Shown piece by piece: positions 12,201-25,150 of a stretch of 64,000 nt of DNA. The translations under genes and the position numbers were made by a program. Under the pieces are notes generated by a model. That model made no database searches and was not told where the DNA came from. It saw only the letters and a list, made by a program, of their open reading frames with translations. Origin of the DNA: Squalus acanthias (lineage: Eukaryota); assembly GCA_030390025.1 (NCBI GenBank), contig CM059431.1, positions 104,906,001 through 104,970,000 of the forward strand, written 5' to 3'. Each line of letters begins with the position of its first letter. Positions within the stretch are counted from its first letter, which is position 1.

Positions 12201-13464
12201 TATTAAAAACTAGAGTAAACAGGCAGAATAATATTGCCAAATCAAATGAGGCTGTGTACAATCTCTCATGTCATCTCAGCAAGCACCACAAGAATATCAC
12301 TCTACATTTTTACTGTGGGGAAACCTGACACTGGGAGTGCTGACACTGGCTGCAAAGTGGAAAGAAAGTTCTCTTCCTGGGCACTGCCAATCCTTGTCCT
12401 AATGAAGATGAGAATTGAGAAAAGAATAACGAAACTTCACTGGAAAAGTTTGTCGCAGCAGACACAATCTATGTTGCAACATAAACTTGAATAAAAAGCG
12501 ACTAAAAATGCATATTTGGTTTTATTGCAAATCTCTGCATGCAATAAACTACAAAATGGAATGAAATAAGGACATTCGAGCTGCTGTACCTAGTTTTAAG
12601 GTTTTTTTTTGTTGCACTTTTTAATTTGCTCTGTGGGTAGGTAAAGGTTTTTAATCGCCATTCTCACTGATGATGTGTTGTTAATTTGCAGCTATGTTTA
12701 TAGGGCAAGTTGATTTTGCCCATGACGGGGACTTGCACCCCTCATTTCGTAACACTGCCCCTTTCAATGATTGAATTCGATGTTGAAAATTCCTGGCAGA
12801 TACGCTGGTAGCTACGAATCCCTTAGGCCTCGACAGGCACGTTTCATTCAGTATGTAACTTAATTTAAATGAGAGCACCATTCTTTATAGTTACTTGAAT
12901 ATTAATACAACTGCGTTCGGAACATGTTACAAAATGTCCTCTTATTCCCTTCAGTCCGTGTAAAGGATGATTTATTGCATTTGTTCTGTTGTAGAATTAA
13001 CACATTTAAACCATATGCATGTCTCATTGAACATCCTAAGGAAACCATTTTAGCGATGCTAATTAAAGCCTCCACAAAGCTTGCTCAATTTCGCAGTTCA
13101 TTCAAAATTAATGGCCGCTCTCTGGTGGATGAATATTCCTTTCTGAAATCTAATTCCCACTTCAAGCTCAGACGGGTCCAGTTCACGGCATTACATGAGA
13201 CTATTGCAGGCAGCAGCTTAATGGGGCACCTAAGCACTCCAACATGCAGCCTTTTCTGTGAAGATAAAGATGCTGCGTTCACAAGCTATGACCAGATTTC
13301 GCATGCAGTGCTAACTGTTAATCACGCATTAACCATTTCTCCTATCAGAGGCACTGGTATATTTCTTCCTCACGGCTGGTTGTATGCTTTTGTTGCCAGC
13401 CCAGGCAGACTGCAACCAATCCCTGGAAATACCCGAAATCATAAACAGAAAATTTGGTCCATTC

Positions 13465-13817
13465 AGAAAGAAAGAAACTTTAGCACCCTTCTTGACCTCA
13501 GGTCGTCCAAAACACTTTACAGCTAATTTGAAGTGTAGTCACTGTTGTAATGTAGGAAACGTGGCAGCCAACTTGCACACAACAAGCTCCCACAAACGGC
13601 AATGTGATACTGACCAGATAATGTGTTTTAATAATGTTGGTTGAGGGATAAATATTGGCCAGGACACCGGGGATAACTCCCCTGCTCTTCTTCGAAATAG
13701 TGCCATGGGATCATTTACGTCCACCTGAGAGAGCAGTCGGGGCCTCGGTTTAACATCTCATCCAAAAGACAGCACCTCCAACAGTGCAGTGCTGGAGTGT
13801 CAGTCTGGATTTTGTGT
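13465..13817 (-). mobile_element. DeuSINE
   Basis: Matches family body. Confidence 0.85.
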
Positions 13818-14351
13818 CTATCTATCTATCGATTTTCTTTCTTTAGAAAAGAGAAAAAAACGAGATATGATTCTGACCTGTGCATTTTATTTATGCTGAT
13901 TAATGAGCTTGTTTATCTTCCAGCATCCAATTCCAACAAAAGATCTACATCCGAAAAATTAAGCTGTCTGTTTGCTTCTGATCCTAACAGACCTGCGATG
14001 TATGTTCTGCAACAAAAAACTATTTTATTTTCAGTTGATCGAAAGGCAAGTCAGAAGGAATGGAATGCAATGTTGTAAGAAGTGTTGTAAGCCAGTAGAG
14101 TGTGTTAAGCTGCTCCAAACTGCTCAGTTTGTTAATGTACTCCTCACTGTGTAACTGAACCATACAGTCTAGGATGGTTCCAGGTTCATTCCTGCTCTGA
14201 GCCGAATTTGATATGATCTCAGCCAGTCACTGCAATTAACCTCAGCATCCCGAGCTGGAGATGGGGAAAAATCAGCCACAGTTCCCGCACTTAATTCCTT
14301 GTCGAATGGAAAAGAAACTCGGCCAGAGAGTAGAACGGGCTGCTGAATTAG

Positions 14352-14765
14352 ACTAGCCCTAGAGTTTAGAAGAATGAGAGGTGATCTGAATGAAATGTAT
14401 AACATTCCTAAGGGATAGGTGCTGAGTGGATTTTTCCCCTGGCTGGAGAGTCTAGAACTAGGGGGTCACAGTCTCAGAATAAGAGGTCAGCCATTTAGGA
14501 CTGAAATGAGGAGAAATTTCTTCACTCAGAGGGTTGTGAATCTTTGGAATTCTCTACCCTAGAGGGCTGTGGATGCTCCGTCATTGAATATATTTAAGAC
14601 TGAGATAGATAGATCCTTGGACTCATGGGGAATCAAGGGATCTGGGGATTGGGCGGGAAGGGGGATTTGAGGTCAAAGATCAGCCATGATCTTATTGAAT
14701 GGCGGAGCAGGCTCGAGGGGCCGTATGGCCTACTTCTGCTCTTAATTCTTATGTTCTTATGTTCT
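14352..14765 (+). mobile_element. CR1 LINE 3' fragment
   Basis: agtttagaagaatgagaggtgatc..ttcttcactcagagggttgtgaatctttggaattc..(ttcttatg)n tail. Confidence 0.9.
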
Positions 14766-14817
14766 CAGAAACGTGAAATAAAATAAAACATAAAAATACA
14801 GCCATTTGAATCGTATT

Positions 14818-15348
14818 TGAGGTCATCCAAAACTCATCTGCCCGTGTCCTAACTTGCACCAAGTCCCGTTCGCCCATCACCCCCAGTGCTCGCTGACCTA
14901 CATTGGCTCCCGGTTAAGCAGCGCCTCGATTTCAAAATTCTCATCCTTGTTTTCAAATCCCTCCATGGCCTCGCCCCTCCCTATCTCTGTAATCATCTTC
15001 AGCCCCACAACCCCCCCCCCCCACCCCGAGATATCTGCGCTCCTCTAATTCTGCCCTCTTGAGCATCCCTGATTATAATCGCTCAACCTTTGGCGGCCGT
15101 GCCTTCTGTTGCCTGGGCCCAAAGCTCTGGAATTCTCTGCCTAAACCTCTCCGCCTCGCTACCTCTCTTTCCTCCTTTAAGACGCTCCTTAAAACCTACC
15201 TTTTTGACCTAGCATTTGGTCACTGGCCCTAATTTATCCTTATGTGGTTCGGTGTCAAATTTTATGTCTTAAAATACTCCTGTGAAGCGCCTTGGGACGT
15301 TTCCCTACGTTAAAGGCGCTATATAAATACAAGTTGTTGTTGTTGTTG
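14818..15348 (+). mobile_element. L2 LINE 3' fragment
   Basis: Close to the 3553-4004 copy; (TTG)n tail. Confidence 0.9.
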
Positions 15349-16261
15349 TATTTAACACAAGTGAACAAGGACAAAGCCGTGGGAATTGTTTACAACGATT
15401 TCTTCCCACAGGTCCATGCTGATTATAATAGTCCTGTTCTACTGAGGCAAATTGGAAAATTTAGCACAGACGGGTGCACAGTATGAAGCATCATAAAGGA
15501 GAAGGTGCCAGTAAAGAGCATTCAGATAATGAAGAGCAAATTTTCCAATTATCGCTGTGAAAATGATCATTTGGATGATCAATATGGTGGTGCATTTAGA
15601 TCACCAGCAAACACATGAGGACTATCACCACAGGAAAAATAATGATGGACAACGTTATTGTGTCATTATTATTTGGGATTAATTCATTACAAGAAAAATA
15701 CAAATCAGGCACAGGGTTTGCGCAATTGACAATTGTCCTAATTACCAGTAATTGCCATCATTTACATTACAGCACTGTTACTTCTGCAATTAATAAATTA
15801 TGTGAACGTTAATTTGAAACTCTCTACCATCATGAATCCAAGGATGCACCTCACAGCATTCTGTTTCCATTTTGCACAACCTCACATTGATTTTCATTAA
15901 TAATTGGCTCGGGGCTAAAAATTTATCAGCGTCGATCCCATCTGATAGTGAAGCAACAAATTAGAAGGGAGCCCGTGATTGAAATCGAACCTTCCATATA
16001 CCTCACCAGCTGGAACACAGAGAGATGCAAGCATTGGAGGATTCTTTCACTAGAAAGCAAACTGAGACTGATCATTTCTTGTTGGTTGTAATGGGATTTG
16101 GTAAGCAGGGTACGACAGCAATGGAGCTGCACCCTCTGTTGGATTTGACTGCACAAGAGTTGTGGCAAATCCCACGTTTAACTGCTGGAATGTTTAAAGA
16201 AAAATCTGATCTCTGCATTTCACCATTTGTCTCTTCAATCAGCATATCATCCTCTCCATAA

Positions 16262-16540
16262 ACCTGAGCTTATCAAAAACTCTGTTGCCCATGTCATAAC
16301 TCGCATCAAGTCCCGTTCACCCATCACCCCCTGTGCTCGCTGACCTACATTGGCTCCCAGTCCAGCAACGCCTCGATTATAAAATTCTCATCCTTGTTTT
16401 CAAATCACTCCATGGCCCCGCCCCCTCCCTATCTCTGTAACCTCCTCCAGTTCGCCGAGATCTCTGCGCTCCTCCAATTCTGGCCTCTTGCGCATCCCCG
16501 ATTTTTATCGCTATATAAATACAAGTTGTTGTTGTTGTTG
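16262..16540 (+). mobile_element. L2 LINE 3' fragment with internal deletion
   Basis: Body jumps from gatttttatcg to ctatataaatacaagttgttg tail. Confidence 0.85.
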
Positions 16541-18990
16541 TACTGTTATTTAAAGTCTAGTTCTCTTTAAGAAATCTTGCTTTCATTCTATCCTAAGACG
16601 CTGCACGGTGAGTGTGGAACATTCTGCTTTGATCCGTTCCCATCTTTGCAAACAGTTGCGTAGTTACAGTACAAATTCACTCGAAGTGCTTGATCGGAGA
16701 TTTGTGAGCTGTTGAAAGGGTGAAAGTGGAGTGTGACAGGGATGCTCGTTTATTCAATGCATTGCAAACAGTGCAATTTGGCCTTTTTTTTGAACGAGGC
16801 TAACATGATGTGAAATTGGAAGTTGTGTGGTTGACTTTTGAAGCGTCATAGTTACATAGTTCTTTTGTCAATAATTTTCTCCCACTTGCTTGAAGATTAT
16901 AAGTAACAACAAAAATCATTACTGGAACAAATGCTTGTTTTTTTTACAGCCAATTTATCATTTATTGGAAGACGCCCAGCATTACTTGGCTTGGCCTTTG
17001 GATTTCTTATATCCAAATAATCATGAAGCAAAAGCATAATCTTGAATAAACACAGGCTCCTGCGTTCCTGTGAAGACTGTAAGGAGACATAGAAGCATCT
17101 TCTCCACGGCGTTATCAGGGGACATAAAGCAACACAATTAGGGCATCAAAGATCCAATAACCTCTCTTGCCCCACCTCTCATTATATGGCCAGTAGCCCA
17201 GTACTCTGCAGAACAGTTTTGGATGTTCTCCACAGCCAAACAGCAGGGCTTGAAGACTTCAAGTAAGCCAGCAGGCCCCTTCCATCCTGCAACATTGCTA
17301 TAACAGTAGGGAGCAGCTGCCTCACATTAGAAAGTCAAGGGTTGGATGCCAGATGGGAACCACGCCAGGATACAGAAAACATCAAAGATATATTGTCGAC
17401 AACTACTTCTAAAGACACGGCCAAAACCTGAGTATATGAACTTCAGGTATCTGAAAAGTCAGTCCAAATCAGGTCACTCAAGATTCCAATGCCGTTTAGC
17501 CTCGTACTGGTGTTTATATATTCTTTAAATGAAATAATGGGTTAGGTTTTTTAACTTTCACCGTTGAACAGAAGGTAGCAGATTAGCCGCTCGTAATAGT
17601 GCTCCCCCCACCCCACCACCTCCGAGTTTTCTTTTCACTAAAGTCAGGGTATATACAGTAATGGGCAGCTGATCTGCCACTACCGCCAGTTTTCCACCCG
17701 ATGGTGAAAGATAACATTTACCTCAACATGTCAATGACGGAAAACTTGCCTGATCATTGTGTGCAATGCTATTGTAAATCTGTAATGTATTAAATGTCCT
17801 GCCACATCCAGTTGTGAATGGTGGTGGACCATTAAACAACTAACGGGAGGAGGAGGCTCCATGAACATCCCCATCCTCAATGATGGCGGAGTCCAACACG
17901 CGAGCGCAAAAGACAAGGCTGAAGTGTTTGCAACCGTCTTCAGCCAGAAGTGCTGAGTGGATGATCCATCTCAGCCTCCTCCTGAGCTCCCCACCATCAC
18001 AGAAGCCAGACTTCAGCCAATTCGATTCACTCCACGTGATATCAAGAAACGGCTGAGCGCACTGGATACAGCAAAGGCTATGAGCCCTGAAAACATCCCG
18101 GCTGTCGTGCTGAAGGTTTGTGCTCCAGAGCTAGCCATGCCTCTAGCCAAGCTGTTCCAGTACAGCTACAGCACTGGCATCTACCCGACAATGTGGAAAA
18201 CTGCCCATGTATGTCCTATCCACAAAAAGCAGGACAAATCCAATCTGGCCAATTACCGCCCCATCAGTCTACTCTCAATCATCAGCAAAGTGATGGAAGG
18301 TGTCGTCGACAGTGTTATCAAGTGGCACTTACTCACCAATAACCTGCTCACTGATGCCAGGACCAGTCAGCTGCAGACCTCATTACAGCCTTGGTCCAAG
18401 CATTGACAAAAGAGCTGAATTCCAGAGGTGAAGGGAGAGTGACTGCCCTTGACATCAAGGCAGCATTTGACAAAGTGTGGCATCAAGGAGGCCTAGTAAA
18501 ATTGAAGTCAATCAGGGGAAAGAAAGATAGTTGTGGTTGTTGGAGGCCAATCATCGCAGCCCCAGGACATTGCTGCAGGAGTTCCTCAGGGCAGTGGCCT
18601 AGGCCCAACCATCTTTAGCTGCTTCATCAATGACCTTCCCTCCATCATAAGGTCAGAAGTGGGGATGTTCGCTGATGACTGCACAGTGTTCAGTTCCATT
18701 CGCAACTCCTCAGATAATGAAGCAGTCCATGCCCGCATGCAGCAAGACCTGAACAACATTCAGGTGTGGGCTGATAAGTGGCAAGTAACATTTGCACCAC
18801 ACAAGTGCCAGGCAATGACTATCACCAATAAAAGAGACTCTAACTATTGCCCCTTGACATTCAACGACATTACCATCACCAAATTCCCCACTATCAACAT
18901 CCTGGGGGTCAACATTGACCAGAAACTTATTTGGACCAAAATTGAGAAGTTGCACAACACCAGGTTATAGTCCAACAGCTTTATTTGAAA

Positions 18991-19028
18991 TCACAAGCTT
19001 TCGGAGCGGCTGCTCCTTCGTCAGGTGA
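18991..19028 (-). ncRNA. Minimal type I hammerhead ribozyme motif (mirror copy)
   Basis: Reverse complement of 19331-19367 with a 1-nt longer stem II loop. Confidence 0.68.
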
Positions 19029-19330
19029 AGTGAAGAAATACAAATGGGCACAGCATATATAGACAGAGAACAATGCCTGTGCAGAGAACAATGCCAGACG
19101 ACTACAGTTAATCTTTCTAACTGCCCTTTATCACACCTCGGCAGAGAGACAATCACGGCAATCAAATCCAACCAGGTCAGTCAGGAAGACATTACATCAA
19201 AGATGATAGCAAAATACAACAAAGACAATGAGGTGGGGTTAGAAAGATTAACTGTAGTCGTCTGGCATTGTTCTCTGCACAGGCATTGTTCTCTGTCTAT
19301 ATATGCTGTGCCCATTTGTATTTCTTCACT

Positions 19331-19367
19331 TCACCTGACGAAGGAGCAGCGCTCCGAAAGCTTGTGA
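19331..19367 (+). ncRNA. Minimal type I hammerhead ribozyme motif
   Basis: TCAC-CTGACGA-A-GGAGC-AGC-GCTCC-GAAA-GCTT-GTGA: stem I, core, stem II, palindromic AGCT stem III. Confidence 0.72.
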
Positions 19368-20096
19368 TTTCAAATAAAGCTGTTGGACTATAACCTGGTG
19401 TTGTGCGACTTCTCACTTTTGTCCACCCCAGTCCAACACCGGCATCTCCACATTATTTAGACCAGCCACAGAAAAATTATGGCTACAAGAGCAGGTCAAA
19501 GGCTGGGTATTCTGCGGTGAGTGTCTCACCTCCTGACTCCCCAAAGCCTTTCCACCATCTGCAAGGCACAAGCCAGGAGTCTGATGGAATAGTCTCCAGT
19601 TGCCTGGACGAGTGCAGCTCCAACAACACTCAAGAAGCTCGACACCATCCAGGACAAAGCAGCCCGCTTGATTGGAACCCCATCCAACACATTAAACATT
19701 CACTCCCTCCACCACCGGCGTACCGTGGCTGCAGTGTGTATCATCTACAAGATGCATTGCAGCAACTCGCCAAGGCTTCTTTGGCAGCACCTCCCAAACC
19801 TGCGACCTCTACCACCTAGAAGGACAAGGGCAGCAGGCGCATGGGAACACCACCACCTCCAAGTTCCCCTCCAAGTCACCATCCTGACTTGGAAATATAT
19901 CGCTGTTCCTTCATTGTCGCTGGGCCACAATCCTGGAACTCCCTCCCTAACAGCCCTGTGGGAGTACCTTCACCACACGGACTACAGCGGTTCAAGAAGG
20001 CGGCTCACCACCACCTTCTCAAGGGCAATTAGGAATGGGCAATAAATGCTGGGCCTTGCCAGCGACGGCCACATCCCATGAACAAATTGAAAAAAT

Positions 20097-20650
20097 GACA
20101 CTGCAGTGCAGTGCTGAGGGAATGCTGCACTGTCGGAGGTGCCATCTTTTGGATGAGACGTTAAACTGATGCCCCGTCTGCTCTGTGAGGTCGATGTAAA
20201 AGACCCAATGGCACTATTTCGAAGAAGAGCAGGGGGAGTTATCCCCAGTGTCCCGGCCAATATTTATCCCTCAATCAACATCACTAAAACAGATGATCTG
20301 GTCATTATCACATTGCTGTTTGTGGGAGCTTGCTGTGCACAAATTGGCTGCCACGTTTCCCACATTACAACAGTGACTACACTTCAAAAGAATTCATTGG
20401 CTGTAAAGCGCTTTGAGACGTCCTACATAAATGCAAGTACTTTCTTTATAAACAAAGGTCTTGCGCACTGCATGTACTTCTGTAAATGTCACATTTACTT
20501 CCCATAACACTCTCCCCACCATAACTCTTTTTAGAATTCCCACATTCCAACAGTGACTACGCTTCAAATAAACTTCAGTGGCTGTAAAGCGCCCTTGGGA
20601 CGTCCTGAGATCGTGAAAGGCGCTGTAGAAATCGAAGCTTTTCATTCCTT
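20097..20650 (+). mobile_element. DeuSINE (20097-20445) plus second tail fragment (20535-20650)
   Basis: Matches family body and tail. Confidence 0.8.
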
Positions 20651-21413
20651 TGTCGCATCTTGCTGTTGACACTCCTGCGGTTCTCAAACAAGGAACGTTC
20701 CGACTCACTCCAATCAATGCCCTGTCAGTGTATTAAAAAAAAATGTATGCGTTTATGCTCACAGTGCTCCCCTATATAGGTAGAATCTTAATATTTCAAG
20801 TGAAAATATGAAGCTTGGCTGGAGAGCCAAAATAAGCGAGATTTTATTTCCAAGCATCAGTAGGTGACTGTACAAGGATGATGACCGAGCTCTCCAGTCC
20901 CCCTGATACCTTTCAGTTTTAAAAAGCTCTACGCCACTATGAATTGGTATCTTGCAGGATGAGCTTCCTGTTTGCAGCATTTTTCTTCTGATGTGGAGTT
21001 GCTGCTGAGGGAGCTGCTAGTTTAGTACCGGCAAGGATGGTGGGAAACAGATGGGAGTCCACTGTGATTTCTAGACCAGGCATCAATTTTGACAAGCTTA
21101 TATGATATCCTGCTCTCGAGCCTGTCCAAGATGATGCTTCATGTGTAAATTCGGGCAGCCTTGATCTGCCTGCTGCTATCTTTCAAATTGCAGTTCTGTC
21201 AGCACGCTATCATCACCTAACCAATTTTTTTTATAAACCAGGTTTCGAAACAACTGTACTCTAATGTCTTCTGACATCCCGCTCTTTAACTCTTTAGCTG
21301 CCTTAAGTCAACGTTTTGACGTTCCAGGTAAAATTTAAACACCATTTGCTGCTTAACATCGGCGATTATTGTAAGAAGTCAAACGATGCTGCAAGTGTAG
21401 AATCACGCCCCTT

Positions 21414-22198
21414 GGGGGAGAAATTCGGTACCGCCCCCGCTCGGGGCGCTAAAACTTTAAAAGTTGAAGATTTAGCGCCAGGCGCTAATCATTGTCGACT
21501 CCCGCAAAATTCATTGTTAGCGCTCCAAGAGGGAAGTGGTGCGCTGAATCAAGCGCTGCACCCCTAACTTAGGGCGCTAACCTCTGAGAGCAGGGCGCTA
21601 CCGGCTGAGCGATAAAGAAGGTCGTGCGCAGTCCAGACGGCGCTCTTTAATCACACAGGCTGCTTCCATCTCTTAAAGGGAAGGGGCCTGTCACGCTGTA
21701 TAACCTCATAGTCATCAGTGGTGTTTTTCAACACGACCTGGGCGACTGCCATTCACGCCCCCATCACTTTCAGAAAGTACAGCATTTGGAGATGTTTGAG
21801 GAAAAGGTGTAAAAAATTTTGCGCAGGCAGCAGACTGGTGCCAGTAATAAACGGTGCGATCACTGAAAGCGCCTTTTTCGCGATGTTCAAACGACACGGA
21901 AGCCTTCCTTTAAGTTACCGCTCCTGCAGCGCACTTCCTCTTACTGGCGCTGTCGGAGCGAGGCGCTAAAGCAGGGGGCGAAAGGCAATTTTGCATCGGG
22001 GCCGTTAACGGGGCGTTGCACACGCATTGACGTCACCATGTGAGAGGCGCTAGAGGCCTAGGCGCTGACAGTTAGCGCCAGCGCTAATTTGCCACTGAAT
22101 GTTGTGTGCGGCGTTGGATTCGCTGCGGCCAGGCGCAAACCCCTTAGCGCCCCTGCCAGGCGCTAATGGGAGGCACTAACCTACCGAATTTCGCAGCC
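21414..22198. mobile_element. Non-autonomous Harbinger element (MITE)
   Basis: TIRs GGGGGAGAAATTCGGTA / TACCGAATTTCGCAGCC; ~10 GGCGCTAA/TTAGCGCC motifs shared with ends of 55797-59889; no clean TSD. Confidence 0.78.
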
Positions 22199-22209
22199 AT
22201 GGTTTCAAA

Positions 22210-22322
22210 GTATCATAGAATCATAGAATAGTACAACACAGAAGGAAGCCACTTGGCCCATCGAGTCTGCGCTGGCCCCTTCAAAGAGCAATTCAGTTGG
22301 TCCTACTCCCCCGCTCTTTCCC
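22210..22322 (-). mobile_element. CR1 3' tail fragment
   Basis: (atcataga)n tail, cacagaaggaagccacttggccc. Confidence 0.75.
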
Positions 22323-22347
22323 CAAGTATACGTGCATTCGATGCATT

Positions 22348-22941
22348 TAACAACAACAACTTGTATTTATATAGAGCCTTTAATGCAATAAACTGTCCCA
22401 AGATGCTTCACAGGAGTGTTATTAAAAGCACAATTTGACGGAGAGCCATATAAGGAGATATTAGGGACAGATGGCCAAAAGCTAGGCCAAAGTAGGTAGG
22501 TTTTAAGAAGTGTCTTAAAGGAGGAGAGAGAGGTAGAGAGGCGGAGAGGTTGAGGGAGGGAATTCCAGAGCTTAGGGCCCAGGCAGCTGAAGGCACGGCC
22601 GCCAATGGTTAAGCGATTAAAATCGGGGATGCGCAAGAGGCCAGAATTAGAGGAATGCAGAGACCTCAGAGGGCTGTGGAGCTGGAGGAGGTTATAGAGA
22701 TAGGGAGGGGCACGGCCATAGAGGGATTTGAACACAAGGATGAAAATTTTAAAATCGAGGTGTTGCCGGACCAGGAACCAATGTAGGTCAGCGAGCACAG
22801 GGGTGATGGGTGAACGGGACTTAGTGCGAGTCAGGATACGGGGCAGTAGAGTTTTGGATGAGCTCAAGTTTATAGAGAGTGGGAGGTGACAGGCCGGCCA
22901 GGGGAGCATTGGAATAGTCGAGTCTAGAGGTAACAAAGGCA
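22348..22941 (-). mobile_element. L2 LINE 3' fragment
   Basis: ORF 22367-22942: ITPVLADLHW..GGRAFSCLGPKLWNSLP..FKTLLKTYL. Confidence 0.92.
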
Positions 22942-22989
22942 TCTTTTTCTGCTCTCATTCAGCTCCAGTATCCACGCACCTGACATAAA

Positions 22990-23090
22990 TGTTCTGACGA
23001 AGGGTCATCGACCTGAAACGTTAACTTTGTTTCTCTCTCTACCTGCCTGACCTGCTGAGTATTTCCAGCATTTTCTGTTTTTATTATATA
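22990..23090 (+). mobile_element. 101-bp Penelope-derived insertion with hammerhead motif
   Basis: GTT-CTGACGA-AGGGTC-ATC-GACCT-GAAA-CGTT-AAC at 22991-23025; 9-bp TSD TGACATAAA (22981-22989, 23091-23099). Confidence 0.82.
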
Positions 23091-24949
23091 TGACATAAAG
23101 GCGTGTTGCATTTAAGCAGGCAAGTGTGATCAGTAATCCAGAAGCTAAACTGAATCATGCTTTATTCCTTGAAAATCTATTCGAAAAAGGAAACAGAATG
23201 CTTCTGAAATAAAAGTTAAAGTGGTTTCGCCATGTAGTTCTAAGTAAAGCACCATTCTACATACAAACACAAGGTAAATGTAGGTCAACATGCTTTAGAA
23301 AGCCAGTAGACCTTGAAAGTCAAGCTTATTGTATTTTATTTCCAATGAAAAAAACCTTCAAACACCAACTATCAGCTAAGGTACAATACAGTTTACCCAT
23401 TGCTGCCAGAAGATTTCATTCAAGCATGTACGTGTCTCTGATCTTTTGAACCAAGTATCAATTCCATTCTTTTCATTTAGAGCTTAATGAGGTTTACTTT
23501 GTGCTTGCCTTCCACTTGTTTGTCAAATTGTGTCATTCGTGCACAATTTAAGTTCATTCTAGACAAAAGTTTACTCATTAAATCGGAAACTAAAGGTTCA
23601 GTTAATGAAGCTTTATCTTCTCTTTGGCGACTTAAGATAAATATGTGATGTCTTTGCTGGCTGAATCCCTTAATAGATTCATGCAGGGTAAAAAATTACT
23701 CTGTTCCTCGTAAACAGCAAATCCTTGCAGCCTCTATTTTCCTGACTGTTTAATTATTTAGTGGTTTGGTAGCTATAAAGACATCCATGCAAGCCAAATC
23801 GTAATATGCAGCTACAAATGAACACTGCAATCTTAACAAGATTATCATAATAAAGTGTCATTGGAGAAATTAAAATTATCTGGTTTAATTACGAGATTAT
23901 AACCCCATTAACTCCTCTGCATAAAAAGTGGGAGTCTGGGAATAGAGAAGGATCCACAGTCGCGCGTTTAAAACTCCTGTACAAATTGGAGAGTGAGGTA
24001 GCAAGGTTTTGTTTGTTAGTTGCGTTCTTACATTATTCATTGTTTTCCTTTGGTGCGCGTTTGCAGTTATGTCTATGTCTGTGTTTGCGCGTGCTCGCCC
24101 ACAGCATATCAATCGCTCATTCTCTGCTCAGCGGCCGGGGGAGGGGGGTGGAGAAATAAAATTACCGTTACTGCATCATCAAATTGTAAATGTGATAGAT
24201 GATTAAAAATAAAGGGTGATCCTTTCACAGATTAGCTATTCCACTTTGCCAGAAGTTGTAATCTCATCCCTCCCTATATGAAATTGTCAAACAAAATGTC
24301 ACCAACAATTTATTTGTAAGGCAATTTAAGTCGAAGTCTTTGTCGTGATAATTCCATTTTGACTTTAAACTTTAGACTGAAAATAGGATGATTCTGGATG
24401 CGGGGGAAGGGGGCGGTGAAGTACCATCTTGTCCTGAACAACTGTTTTATAAGGAGAGTTATTAATAATGTACGTGTTACAATCTGATAACTTATTCCCA
24501 TATCACGCCCGTAGTAATATTTGATGGTGTGTTATCATTGTTAAGCCCCAAAGCTGAGTGACCGCCTAATAATCCTCTGAGATGCCTTTGACCACACTTG
24601 CCGACTGGCTGCTAATGGCTGCGTTATGACAAATATTTCCTACTTGATTTTTCATGTTTTGAATCGGTCTCATTTTAACTTTTTTTTTCAGAATACTAAA
24701 CAAACAAGCAGACAATAAAGGGGACAGGGAAGACTGCATCTAAACATAGGGCGGCAGGTTCCATCGACAATGCTAGGAATAGGTACAGGAGAAATCAGTC
24801 GAGGAAACGTACAAGTGATGACTGTACAAAGTCTACAGTCGCAGCGGTGGTAGTAGAGTTACCCTTCATCGATCCCAAAGAAAGCGAGATTGCGGGGAGA
24901 AGGGTATAGGGGATCATCACTGGGAAATTTGACCAGTGTTGGTACGACA

Positions 24950-25150
24950 CAAACACAAAAGCCAAATGCTGCCGATGCTGGAAATCTGAAATAAAAACAG
25001 AAAGTGCTGGAAACACGCAGCAGGTCAGGCAGCATCTGTGGAGAGAGAAACAGAGTTAAATGTTTCAGGTCAATGACCTTTCGTCAGAACTGGTAGAAGT
25101 TGGAGATTTAACCGTTTTTAAGCAAGTACAGAGGCAGGGAAAGGAGGAGG
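24950..25150 (-). mobile_element. Penelope-derived short element
   Basis: Same family; core CTGACGA..GAAA present on the minus strand, stem III altered. Confidence 0.78.

Larger units (their letters stand above)
18939..19452. mobile_element. Non-autonomous Penelope-derived inverted-repeat element with two hammerhead motifs
   Basis: ~180-bp inverted arms (18939-19121 vs 19238-19420), arms homologous to 61824-61950; TSD TTATTTGGACCA / TTATTTAGACCA (18927-18938, 19453-19464). Confidence 0.88.
17795..20095 (+). mobile_element. CR1-group LINE (second family), 5'-truncated, frameshifted RT, interrupted at 18939-19452
   Basis: NYRPISLLSIISKVME, ALDIKAAFDKVWH, GVPQGS.LGP and MFADD motifs across several frames; tail gggcaataaatgctgg..cccatga. 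Confidence 0.9.

Noticed and set aside
12924..13526. 200-aa ORF as a host gene
   Set aside because: No recognisable domain, no convincing splice context, and it ends inside a SINE.
15350..15410. Possible host exon (QVNKDKAVGIVYNDF)
   Set aside because: Resembles a decayed CR1 RT motif (VD.G..VDVVYLDF); too short to call.
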